Source of the DNA: Giardia intestinalis
Taxonomy: Eukaryota
NCBI GenBank assembly: GCA_000002435.2
Contig: CM018790.1
Length of the DNA: 64,000 bases
Strand: one strand, 5' to 3'
Shown here: positions 29,501 to 39,200 of the stretch, one piece after another
Layout: the number at the start of each line of letters is the position of its first letter
How positions within the stretch are numbered: position 1 is the first letter of the stretch
The notes under the pieces: model-generated
Told to the model about the DNA's origin: nothing
Seen by the model: only the letters and a program-made list of their open reading frames with translations
The model's database searches: none
Program-made: the position numbers and the translations under genes

Positions 29501-30640
29501 TCCATAGGTCTTCTCAACATATTTTGACAGCGCTGCAGGCTGTATAATCAAGTAGCGTCTATCTAGCAATGCAACACCGTGATCAATGATCGCCTTCCTG
29601 TAAGCTTCCGAGTATGAGGCTAGCTCTGTCTGTATGGTGTCAGTGAATACATTCAAGGATAGAAACGGTGTTATCTTGAGTGGAATGGCGAGTACATCGC
29701 TTGTGCACTTAAAGCTCATTGAAAATATGGTCACCAACATTTCAGGAAGAGTGACACCGCGGCCTGGAAGCGTGGGGTCTCCATCGTTATCTAAAAGCGT
29801 CATAAAGGCAAGGTTCGACAGTAAACTAAAATCTAGTATTCTATTCCCCTCCACAACGCCATTTGGAAGGGTTGGGAAAAGGGACTCGAGGACCAGCTCT
29901 AAAGACCCACTGACTAGGTATGGAACGCCAAGACCCATTTCAGCTGCCATCCTCATCGTCTCACAGAGAGACAAGCAATGCATGCACAAACGCTTCTGGA
30001 AGGCCGTTTGCTGTGGAGAGTCGTTATTCTTTATGGTGTGTGCTCTAGGGTTTTCTGCACTGAGATTGCTGAGGGAATGATGCGCGGCACCCAAGGAGGA
30101 AGTTCTAACCTCTTCTGCCAAGATGCTCATGCCTGTCAAACAGGAGGAGATGGCTCGATCAATATCACGGAGATGCATATACAGTAGTGCTTCCAGAGAG
30201 TAGATTTCAGAAGATGGCACATGAATTTCATAGCTGAGTGAAAAGATAAGATTGTCATTGGTTATTGGTGGATGGTGCAGCATACGCAGGTACCTGTGTG
30301 CTTCAGAAATAAAGCCGAGCTGCAGATTAGCCAAAACAGCCCGCTGAAGCAGGGAATCGTGCGGACAAAGAGCTACACCCTTAGTAAACTGTTCAATTGC
30401 CTCCTGAAACGCGCCTTCTCGCAGCTTAACCAACCCCATTGCCCCATAAAGGTACGCTTTGAAGACCCGATAGCAAACGGCTGTGCCTATCTTCCTATAT
30501 AAGGGAGCCTCTCTATAGTGAGCATCTGCAAGCGTAAAGGCTTCAACAAACGCACTATAGGCGTTGCTCCACCTATCACGAAGAAGCATAGTCTGGGCCT
30601 GCGCCAGCAGATTGTTACACTGCTGCTCTAAATTGCTCAT
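26570..30640 (-). CDS. Large hypothetical protein (1356 aa): helical N-terminal ~350 aa followed by a long Ser/Thr-rich low-complexity region.
   Basis: Single long ORF with ATG at 30640. Its 3' end overlaps the convergent 25793..26575 gene by 6 bp. Confidence 0.5.
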   Translation of the reverse strand: MSNLEQQCNNLLAQAQTMLLRDRWSNAYSAFVEAFTLADAHYREAPLYRKIGTAVCYRVFKAYLYGAMGLVKLREGAFQEAIEQFTKGVALCPHDSLLQRAVLANLQLGFISEAHRYLRMLHHPPITNDNLIFSLSYEIHVPSSEIYSLEALLYMHLRDIDRAISSCLTGMSILAEEVRTSSLGAAHHSLSNLSAENPRAHTIKNNDSPQQTAFQKRLCMHCLSLCETMRMAAEMGLGVPYLVSGSLELVLESLFPTLPNGVVEGNRILDFSLLSNLAFMTLLDNDGDPTLPGRGVTLPEMLVTIFSMSFKCTSDVLAIPLKITPFLSLNVFTDTIQTELASYSEAYRKAIIDHGVALLDRRYLIIQPAALSKYVEKTYGLVHSSVTPVTNGQEHASSRGIQNSTHSISSRRIVSTGVERCPTMAPAPKIVAKVAANTKYRRVIHVPVTRDPLKTTTKHRGISSENHIGSKPLQSTKSTTYSSKHNKQTIGRKGTSIRQVMDRFEGGLADLDSHAVLPIVTRSTKEHREELSFLPHSDAKIASNIKEIDNATQVTLEKISTMDGAMQISPKVYNLYTNNISTCHECSYSTPTFATRRLRDEEDREGVINLHNQVRATNAFRDISLGGMYKSQLEKSMTGTLRERMFIELTLEKLEKDGLEDFSFLKTENLHLINRTILFDGSIAASNPVTSKRRMDASTVKDSLTSSLLHSSHEPPPQSEKDTYQASHNRTTLSTVSTHSQRERLHTKAVTESTLQNNELASAGSYTDEPSSAELFTQCPSITNCSVTESNYVTAPEATQAQVSVLDRKQVPFRSISKNHIKKLVAKSSKKASISRNAAYQQLKEENRLGIVADDIENRSSDDLDAEELIKKRSKLYMLTNSSSTSPSPELILAANELSNRDCLQIVTTPIVHSETAALAESILSKKAMLIESLQPNNLLDNAPEVLMAPRGEDAIGTDGNITTLLRPVSYSSSEDDFLLPLPQQTHPPIDTQLPLRCANNNVCGHRAGVGRPAMSVAVPQPPESFGYLIDTLHIRDISEPTVPDPCMATSTGASTLISTTRLPYSDNLLLKVELDQSTREFNLATVKDSDDASLPTYKGIMHVSVRLGTASKASSGHLSKAILATSKNATSYNLALVDDECLTIEEKHQSPDHLGTTRTLDGESSDVTNSPLSAHSSSANNATAKGLTLPSNSTGVTVTCSKGNIDNMEYNTEYDTLSSTTKRFSVPLSSLRTNIFSDISDTLGQSDRGTNEITSSIPVSKTFTTTTHNMAHHPDIMPTSVYLEHKTQSVPKMARAKRRTVPLDAVLNKNTTDIIGVSIKRVGPFSISSMRPSEIQRSSGGYNTALRKETSLTCL

Positions 30641-30721
30641 CGCAATTAAGGAGATTTCTTTGCTTACAAGAAGATATGTTCACAATGGGAAACTTTAAAT
30701 TTGAAGGCCCCTGTGTGGTGC

Positions 30722-32731
30722 ATGTCTTACTCAGAGACCCTACAGCTTTGCCAGAAAGCAAACCTCACCATCGATGAACTAACAGAACTAAAGAGCATCT
30801 TGCAACGCGACATGGAAGATCCCCCGCATGCAAGAATTACTGGTGAAAAGGTGCACCAATTAATAAATGCAACAATATCTTCGCGGAACTTACCGGCTCT
30901 TCAGTTAGTCCATGAGTTTACACGAGGTAAGTATTCTCCTACAACCGCTGGCAAAACGTCTCTTTCTTTTGCTATTCAAGAACGATGGCTAGACGCCGTA
31001 CTTGTGCTGCTGGATGACGAGAAGGATGTTATTGGGGCAAACACTCTGCATCTGGATGCGCTTGCGCATGATCCCGGACGCCATGTGATACTGGATGACC
31101 TTCTGCTCAAAGACAAGGCAGGTCATGGGGTACTGGAGTATGCTGCTTGTGCTAGGAACCTTGTGCTCATCAAGTCGATCGTTTCACTTGTTCTTGCTGC
31201 AAAGACTGTGCCAGAAGGCGTCAGAGATGCATTTATTTCTGCCTTTCCGTATCTGGCAGAAGACTCCACATATCCATGCACAGATGCCGCAATGTGTTTG
31301 ATCCTTTCTCCCCTTAGACCGAAGCTCTCCTTTCAAGTTTGTGAGAAGCATGCAGCACTAGACTCACCAGCGCCATATCAACACTCAACATGCGGCTCTA
31401 AGTTCTTCGCTGCAGGTAGCAGATCAGCGATGCAAGACAACTCCAAGCATAAGAAACCCCACATTCCTGTGGCGTCCGATAAGACCGCTTCATCTTCAAA
31501 CGGTGTGGCTCGGAGGCAACAGACTTCGACAGCCGATATCGTTGACCACTTGCTAAAGTCAAGTTGCTATGCTGATCATGTAAGTGACCTGCTCTCCGTG
31601 TTCCATCAACAGGAGCATAGTACAAGTATACAAGGAACATGCTTTTCTGGTAAAATGCTTTATAATTACTTGAAAGAGCTTCCCAGGCATCCCCCGCTTT
31701 TGAGATACTATACATCTTTGCTACGCTGCATCTATCCTAACGTTTGCCTACACTACATTGATTTTGAGCTGTATGTGTCCACAAATAAGTGTAAAATACC
31801 ATCCGAGATTGGTCTCGTAAAAACATACAAGGGGAAACCGATCTATGCCTTGCAGGGTTTGTTCTCAGCAGATGTTTCGTTTGCTTCCAGAGGGATGTTG
31901 AACGTCATTGCAGCGATAACGGGAATAGAGTACGACATCAACACAAAAAAGCGCCCATGGCTTTCTACCTTAAGCTATACTGAGTGGACCAATAACAATG
32001 TCAAGAAATGCATCAACTGGTTTCTAGGCAGCTCCCCGCAAGCTCTAGATGACGCGTGTAGCACTCAATCCCTTCTTACCCTTGTTACAGATGAGTATGT
32101 CCTTTCAAAGTTGCCCTCTCTTACTGACTCATTTAAAGACAACCAAGTGAAGTTGCAATCTCATCAAAAAGGTTTAGAAAATCAGATAGGGTGCACGTTA
32201 TATAGACACAGATCTGGATTGTATCTTTATCGGTTCCACGTTGACGTTGATTCGCCACTGCCTTGCTTCCCGCACATCCAATACGCAACTGATGCCCAGC
32301 CGAAGCCACTCGTTGACTCATCCGGGAAACTTGTTGTCTTTGGTAAGGGAATCGACACAGAGGTAAAAACCCTCAAAGCGCTTAACATTACTCACGTAGT
32401 AGTGCACGAAGTCCAGCAGTTCTTTTCTCCATTTATTCCGGTACAAAGGCTAATTACTATATCCAAAACTGCACCCTTGTCCACCGAGCCGTATTGTATT
32501 GATCATGAAATTATCAAGGATCACACAGCTCTGCATCCACGGAAAGATGGACACTTTCATTGTGCATTATATGATGCTCTGCAACTTTCGTTCTGCACTT
32601 ACAGGTGGCTACATCAAATTGTCACCCCAGACTTGATCGAACCCAAAAATATGCTTAGGTGCAAAGGTACCGATAAGGTTACGGTGCTCAGGATGCCCAG
32701 GAAGGACCCTGATGAGAACGTTGAGGACTAA
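30722..32731 (+). CDS. Hypothetical protein (~670 aa). The first ATG in frame is 30722; the track's 30701 start is TTG.
   Basis: Long ORF; C-terminal region has a weak DEDDh-exonuclease-like pattern (GIDTEV ... HCALYDALQL), not conclusive. Confidence 0.45.
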   Translation: MSYSETLQLCQKANLTIDELTELKSILQRDMEDPPHARITGEKVHQLINATISSRNLPALQLVHEFTRGKYSPTTAGKTSLSFAIQERWLDAVLVLLDDEKDVIGANTLHLDALAHDPGRHVILDDLLLKDKAGHGVLEYAACARNLVLIKSIVSLVLAAKTVPEGVRDAFISAFPYLAEDSTYPCTDAAMCLILSPLRPKLSFQVCEKHAALDSPAPYQHSTCGSKFFAAGSRSAMQDNSKHKKPHIPVASDKTASSSNGVARRQQTSTADIVDHLLKSSCYADHVSDLLSVFHQQEHSTSIQGTCFSGKMLYNYLKELPRHPPLLRYYTSLLRCIYPNVCLHYIDFELYVSTNKCKIPSEIGLVKTYKGKPIYALQGLFSADVSFASRGMLNVIAAITGIEYDINTKKRPWLSTLSYTEWTNNNVKKCINWFLGSSPQALDDACSTQSLLTLVTDEYVLSKLPSLTDSFKDNQVKLQSHQKGLENQIGCTLYRHRSGLYLYRFHVDVDSPLPCFPHIQYATDAQPKPLVDSSGKLVVFGKGIDTEVKTLKALNITHVVVHEVQQFFSPFIPVQRLITISKTAPLSTEPYCIDHEIIKDHTALHPRKDGHFHCALYDALQLSFCTYRWLHQIVTPDLIEPKNMLRCKGTDKVTVLRMPRKDPDENVED

Positions 32732-32804
32732 ACAGAAGCTAGTATTTTGTAAATTTTCAAAAAACGCTAGATTATCATTGGCTCAATAATCGCAGAATTG
32801 AACG

Positions 32805-35800
32805 ATGGCAGAGCTAGGCAGGGACTATCAGCTTGTCGAGGACTGCGGCTCCTTCTCGCGACACATAAAGGTCCAAACAGGAGAGCCTGTCATTGCAATT
32901 CACTATCTTCTACCAGATGGATCCACACAGCCCGGTGACCGGAAGGCTATGCAGGATTTTATACACTTGATTAAGGCCGTGAGCTATCTGGCGATACCTG
33001 CTCCTATTGGTACCGTTGAGACAGATGACTATTGCTATCTCATCTACATCGACCACGGATACAAAAATCTGATGGACGTTGTCTCTTCAGCTGCGAAGCA
33101 GCATACCGTCAGCGAGGATGCCTTTTGGGAGATCTGTGGAGAGCTAGTGTCAACTTTACTTCATCTGCGGACGTGCCTGGCACACTACGGCCTATCTCTT
33201 TACCTTGAAAGTCTTGCTTCGACAAATATTGTACTAGATGAAGACTACAAGCCCAGAATTCTCAGTCTTACTTGTCTCAAATGCATTTCAGACAAACCTG
33301 AGCATCTCTTCCCGCATTATAGAGAAGCATACGGTGTGCCATCTATTGACCTCCCTCACTCTGTTTTAGAATATTGTGAACATGTGTCTATCAAGGAATC
33401 AGATACCTTTCTGCGTGGTTCCGAGCTTAATGACTATATTGCGCGATCCCTTGGGTCTCTTCTATACTATTTGACAACAGGGATGGAGCTTAAGCTCCCT
33501 CTATCAAATACAGATCAACTACAGTCCGTAATTATGAATGCCAGCGGCGTATCCTCGGAAAGGAAGGCACTCTTACTGGGGTTGTTGAGCAGCAACTCTA
33601 TTGAGCAGGATCATCCGTTGGACTTATATGAGGTATATTGCATATGTTGCCAGCAGATAGATAAGCAATCAGTGAAGCAAATGGACTCGAGACCAGGGCA
33701 TGATTCTGCATCGGAACCCATATCGAAGATGCCAACGGGTACGATGGACACCGTAGAATCCTTGCAAATAAAGAACGCTCAGCTTGAAGGATATACCTCT
33801 CAGATAATGAACGAGCTAAAAAGCAAAATGCAAGAGGTGTCCGACTTACGCGCGCAACTTACAGAGGCTCTCAAGCAGGGGGAAGTGTTCGCCAAGCAGT
33901 TGCCCCTGTTTCAAAAAGAGATATCCGTGCTCAGGAAGAAACTTACAGAAAAGTCTGCTGGGCCACCATCTCCGCGAAGAGACAGCTTGGAGGAAGAAAA
34001 CGCTGCTCTAAGAGAAGAGCTCAGTAAAGCGTATACAGATCTGCAGATGGAGGTCGCGGTAAGAGAGGATCTTGAGCGGAAGCTTAAGGATGTAGCACCA
34101 TTAGCTACACATGCCGAACATAAGGACGTCGAGCTTGAGGTTCTTCGAGAAAAAATTGTTCTTCTTCAGAAGAAGATTCAAGAAAGAGACGATCTCATTA
34201 CCAGCCTCTATACAAGCTTGCACTCCCTAGAGTCTATTAAGCTACCTGTCAAAGCTCCAGATCTCGTCCGGCCAAGTGTTCGCCCGGCTCTGGTTGTCGA
34301 CACGCCTGGACCTTCGGCAACGGTTAACTCTGTAGACCATAATACGGTAGCGCAGCAAGGAGAGTCACCACATGCACGCAGCGACGGGGAAGCTAGCAGT
34401 ATCATCGGTAGTACTAGTATCAGTGATAGCCATGGAACACGCAGACAACTCACAGAGATTTCGGCAATGATGGCCACCAACCACTCACCGACGCCAGATA
34501 TGGTGTCCCCATCTATAGATGCACAGCTTTCAAGACTGATAACTAATTCCGTACAGCGCATGCCTATTTCAACCAAGAAAGAAGAGCGAGGAGATGAGCT
34601 AAATATAAAGGATCTTGAGCTGAACAAACCAGCAAGAGGGATTGTAAGTGTACCCAACAGATCCAAAAGTACAAGGAATGTTCTAGACGAGCCAGGTCAG
34701 AAGGGAGACCTCAAAAATCCCAAGCCGAGTGCCCCTGACCGAATCTACTCTAAGAGTGCGAAGCGCCCTCGTGTCAAGACACCATCGCCGAAGGTCGATA
34801 ATCATCATTTTCTGAAGGCACGATCTCCCACACGAGAGCAAGAGGTGACGGAGAAGCTTATTGAGTGCAAACTTCCCAACCAGATTATCAGGCTGAAGTC
34901 CGAGCTCACCCCTGCCGATCGCCTGATGCAGAAGTTTGACTACAATTCAGAGTACACTATTAAGAGCGGTGAGAAGAACTATACCCCACTTATGGAGATA
35001 ATATGCAACACTAGGCAGCCGCGGGCAGCAGGGAGCAAATCTGTCATCAACTTCAAGAGCTATGCTGGATATATTGGCCAACAGAATGACCAGGGCCTAA
35101 CCGCCCTTATGATAGCCAGCATGAAGAACAATGAACATGCAGTCAGGTTCCTGGTTAAGCATGAGGCGAATCTATTAACTGTGGAAGGATACAGTGCTCT
35201 CTACCTGGCCCTACTTTCCAATCACGTCGGAATTGCACGACTGCTACTGCCATATGAAGGGTTTGCATATGAGGAAGATCAGCAAGAACTCGCAAAAGAT
35301 GGCATGACACACCTCATGGCGGCTGCTTCATCGAATGATATTATAAAGACATTCATCTATCTAGATTCACAGAGAGGAAGACAAAATGCTTCTGGATACA
35401 CAGCGCTGATGCTGGCGGCAGAACGAGGAAATGCAGAGATATGTCAGCTGCTGGTGTCAGAAGAGAAGTGTCTCAAGAATAACGAAATGGAGACTGCTCT
35501 CATGCTTGCTTCCAGAAACGGACATAAGAATTGTGTGCGTATCTTGGCCACATCCGAGAAGGGTCTTCAAAATAAAAAGGGCCAAACTGCTCTGATGTTA
35601 GCAAGCATTGCTGGGTACCACGAGCTGGTCAACATCCTCATCAATTCAGAAGCAGGGAAAAATGCGTATGTCTTTGATAAGGAGACAGGATATACTGCTT
35701 TAATTTATGCGATAAAGCATAAGCACAAGGAGTGTATTGAGAAACTGGCTCAGAGAGAGGGCCGCAAGCCAGACATGCGCGGAAACCTACCTCGTATGTT

Positions 35801-35852
35801 CGCTTCCACCAATGATATTTTGAAACTCTGCCAGCTGCTTGGGATACAGTAG
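32805..35852 (+). CDS. NEK-like pseudokinase, then coiled-coil, then C-terminal ankyrin repeats (1015 aa).
   Basis: Kinase-like N-terminal fold without Gly-loop or HRD. Coiled-coil segment (NAQLEGYTSQIMNELKSKMQEVSDLRAQLTEALKQ...). At least 6 ankyrin units (GLTALMIASMKNNEHAVRFLV, GYTALMLAAERGNAEICQLLV, ETALMLASRNGHKNCVRILA, GQTALMLASIAGYHELVNILI ...). Confidence 0.75.
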   Translation: MAELGRDYQLVEDCGSFSRHIKVQTGEPVIAIHYLLPDGSTQPGDRKAMQDFIHLIKAVSYLAIPAPIGTVETDDYCYLIYIDHGYKNLMDVVSSAAKQHTVSEDAFWEICGELVSTLLHLRTCLAHYGLSLYLESLASTNIVLDEDYKPRILSLTCLKCISDKPEHLFPHYREAYGVPSIDLPHSVLEYCEHVSIKESDTFLRGSELNDYIARSLGSLLYYLTTGMELKLPLSNTDQLQSVIMNASGVSSERKALLLGLLSSNSIEQDHPLDLYEVYCICCQQIDKQSVKQMDSRPGHDSASEPISKMPTGTMDTVESLQIKNAQLEGYTSQIMNELKSKMQEVSDLRAQLTEALKQGEVFAKQLPLFQKEISVLRKKLTEKSAGPPSPRRDSLEEENAALREELSKAYTDLQMEVAVREDLERKLKDVAPLATHAEHKDVELEVLREKIVLLQKKIQERDDLITSLYTSLHSLESIKLPVKAPDLVRPSVRPALVVDTPGPSATVNSVDHNTVAQQGESPHARSDGEASSIIGSTSISDSHGTRRQLTEISAMMATNHSPTPDMVSPSIDAQLSRLITNSVQRMPISTKKEERGDELNIKDLELNKPARGIVSVPNRSKSTRNVLDEPGQKGDLKNPKPSAPDRIYSKSAKRPRVKTPSPKVDNHHFLKARSPTREQEVTEKLIECKLPNQIIRLKSELTPADRLMQKFDYNSEYTIKSGEKNYTPLMEIICNTRQPRAAGSKSVINFKSYAGYIGQQNDQGLTALMIASMKNNEHAVRFLVKHEANLLTVEGYSALYLALLSNHVGIARLLLPYEGFAYEEDQQELAKDGMTHLMAAASSNDIIKTFIYLDSQRGRQNASGYTALMLAAERGNAEICQLLVSEEKCLKNNEMETALMLASRNGHKNCVRILATSEKGLQNKKGQTALMLASIAGYHELVNILINSEAGKNAYVFDKETGYTALIYAIKHKHKECIEKLAQREGRKPDMRGNLPRMFASTNDILKLCQLLGIQ

Positions 35853-36287
35853 GTCAGGCTTAATTGAATTAAGATTGCGATCAGTGAATCTACAGTATGG
35901 ATTTGTTATGTTATGCTTACATTCCCACTTGGGAGACACCTCGTTACCAAATGTGGAGGGTTATGCCCGACTCCATCCTGGGGATTCGCGGTCGTGACGC
36001 CTGGTTGTCTGGAGCCGATGCCCCAATGATGCTCTGACTGGAAGTATGGACAGATATAGGTTGTTTTCTCTGTGTCAGCTTATCACATCAGATACGTTAC
36101 TCGGAGTAACTTATAGACTCTAGAGTCCATCTTCTTTGTATCGTCTTTACAACTCCAGTAATCTTCTGTTGCGGATATGTTGGCCTTTGATAGGTGGTTT
36201 CCATACCCTCAATTTACAATTCCGAACCCATAAATTTATACGCCACTGCATCACCAAAACCAATGCTCCGCACAGACAATAACGGTA

Positions 36288-39200
36288 TCAAAGTTGGATG
36301 CTGGAGTTGGCACCAGACAGCTGACTCAGCAGGGGCACGTCAGCGTGGAGTGATGCGTTAGAAGTTGCTTGCCGCTTGAGCTTGGACCTGGAAGACTTGG
36401 AGCCTTTCTGCGGGGCGCGCTCCCTTAGTGGGCCGCCTCTCCTGGGCCGTATCACGAACCACCAGATGAGGAAGCCGGCCACTGCAACGAGGACGAGGAG
36501 AACGACGACCACGATCGCAGCCGTCGTGCTGGCAGACGATTTGTTAGATGGAACAGGGACTCCGCAGACGAAGTCGCTTGTGAGAGAGAAGCCTTCATCG
36601 CATATGCAAGTGGGCTTTATGCCATTCTCAGACACGCACCTGCCGTTGCCCCCGCAGATCGTCACGGTGCCGTCGGTGCCGCGCTGGACGCACTGGCTGC
36701 TGATGCAGAGCTGGTCAAGAACACTTTCATACCCATACTTGCACTCGCATGTACTATCTGTGGAAAGTGGACAGTCGCCGTTCCCCCCGCAGAGTGTCCC
36801 ACCGGAAATGCAGGCCGATGGGTAGCAGAGAGTCCCGTGGAGGGTCCAGCCCTGGTTGCAGCTACAGATCGCAGAGGACCCTTCACCTGTACACTGTCCA
36901 CCGCCGTTGCAGATTTTCCCGTCCTTGAGACATCTTGTGGGGATGCAGTCTTTGTTGACTAAAGTGTAGAAATCCAGGCATACACAGCGATAGGTATCCC
37001 CCGCCTTCTCGCAGGCCCCGAAGCCACTGCAAAGCTTGTTGTCCGACGAGACACAGTTTTTGTGCACACAACTAGTTTGACCTTCGAGACTCTGAAAGCC
37101 ATCCACAGTGCAGTCACATCGCTTGTTGTCTTCATTGCACGTTCCACCACCATCGCAGACCTCGGCCAGGATGCTCTCGTGCGCCCCGAAGCACTCCTTG
37201 ACGAAGCACTGGCCGGTCTTCTTGTCTGTGCGGTATCTGCTGCTGTCGCACCTGCACAGTCCCGTGCCGGCGACAGGGCCCTCTACGCATGTTCCTCGCT
37301 TGTTGCATATCATCGCAGGGTCAGTCTTGTGATTCTCTGGCATGCATTCCGCATACACACAGACACCCGTCCCAACAAGGGTCGTGCCGGAGTAGCAGCT
37401 GCATGTCTCAGTGTCTCCGGTCTCGTCACAGTAGCCCATATTGTAGCACTTCTTCTCTATGTTTTCATACGGATCTGTGTAGTAACACTTAGATTTTCTG
37501 CACTTTTTGCTTGTCTTATCAACGATGAAGCTAGAACTAACGCATACACAAGTAAAGCGGCTGTTGACTAGCTGACAGCTTCCCGCAACAGGGCTCGACT
37601 CCTCGCTGCAGCTGTCGCCCTCTGGACAGTCTGTCGGATAGCACCTGTTGTCTGTGTATTCCTTGTAGCCGGTCGCGCAGTCCTGACATTTGTCCCCAGA
37701 GTACTCAGAACGACAGCTGCATCCCTCTGAATCCTTGGTGAGCAAGCAGCTACCTCTTCCGCTGCATATTCTCTCTAGGCCCGTTTTAGAGGTGAGGCAC
37801 TTAGATGGTATGCACAGATATCTGTAGCCACTAGCAGACAGTGTCTCATAATTGGCGTCACATGTGCATGAATATCCCGTATTCTTACTTCCCTTGCATT
37901 TTCCGTGGCCAGAGCACTCCAACTTCTGGACGGGGTTTCCGGGTAGAGTATCGCTAAGGCAGTTGCTGTTCATGCACATCCCCGTATTTATCTGGACAAT
38001 GTTATACCAGTTATCGCACTTGCAGTAAGATTTCACCTGCTCAGTGAGGTTGAGAACACACGATCCCAGGTGCGAGCCACCACACATCGTCTTCTGCTTA
38101 GTATCGTCAGATGCTGTAACTTCAAATATGCAAGCTGCTGGAAGACAGAATCCATCCACGACTTCATAGCCAGTGAGCCCTGTTTTGCAATTACAAGTAT
38201 AATCCTCGAAGGTTCCGGCTGTGCCTGTTTTTACACACTCTCCAATGGTATCTCCTCCGCATATTGATTTAGCAACCACATTGTTGGTAGTTACAGTATT
38301 AATCAGACATTTTGGGCTGACGCATGTGTTGCCAAATGGTTCATATCCAGTATCACAGACACACCCATTATACTCGCACCTGCCTAGGCCTCCGCAAATA
38401 ATCGGTGGATCTACACCTTGACCGCTAGAAATGCACTTCTCTAGAACACACGTCTTTCTCAGTTCTCCGCTTACGTCTCTAAGTGTGACTAACTTTGCGT
38501 CGCTGTTGCAGTTGCATTGCTTATCCTTCAGGAGAGGCCCACCGTTGCATGATCCTAGCCTGTTACAGGCAATAGCAGGATCGTCCAGAGATTTTCTATA
38601 GACGCACTTGCTGGGTATACATTCGTCGTAGAGCCGACCCTTCTCATATCCCTCAGAGCAGAAACAGGTATAATAATTGTCAGTCCCATGCGTGCATACA
38701 GCCAAGGCATCGCCTCCACAGTAGACGTCATTTGGCATGCAACGTAGGTGAACACAGAGACCATTTGCAGATTTGTACGGATACCTGCAGCTGCACGATG
38801 GTGTTCCAGTGGAGGGTTTTGAACACCGCATAGTAGACCCGTCGTAGACCTTGCACTCGACGTACTTGACCTCCCCATTATGAAGCACTTTGCCAGCACA
38901 CGTAGGATAGGTGCAGTAGCCCCCGAAGGCCTCCAGATCACCTTCGCACTCGCAGCCGTACCGACCAGTCAGCTGGTTGTATACGCAGACTCCCTTTCCG
39001 GAGCAGACAAGCACGTTGATATCTGGATTCCTTATGCTATCTGGTATGCCAACTGGCAGGCAGTCATAGCTGTAGCACATGTCACCGATCTTGAAGAAGC
39101 CATTGCTGCAGACGCAGGTTCCAGTACTGTCTATATATCCCGCACCAGGACCACCGCAGAGTCCCCTTGCTCGGTGGGTTGTAGAATTAGCATTCTTGCT

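Noticed and set aside
34208-34666. 152-aa antisense ORF inside the 32805..35852 pseudokinase/ankyrin gene; similar antisense ORFs at 24980..25492 (inside MCM) and 37062..37571 / 38880..39590 (inside HCMP)
   Set aside because: Antisense to long, well-supported genes with recognisable domains; typical spurious ORFs.
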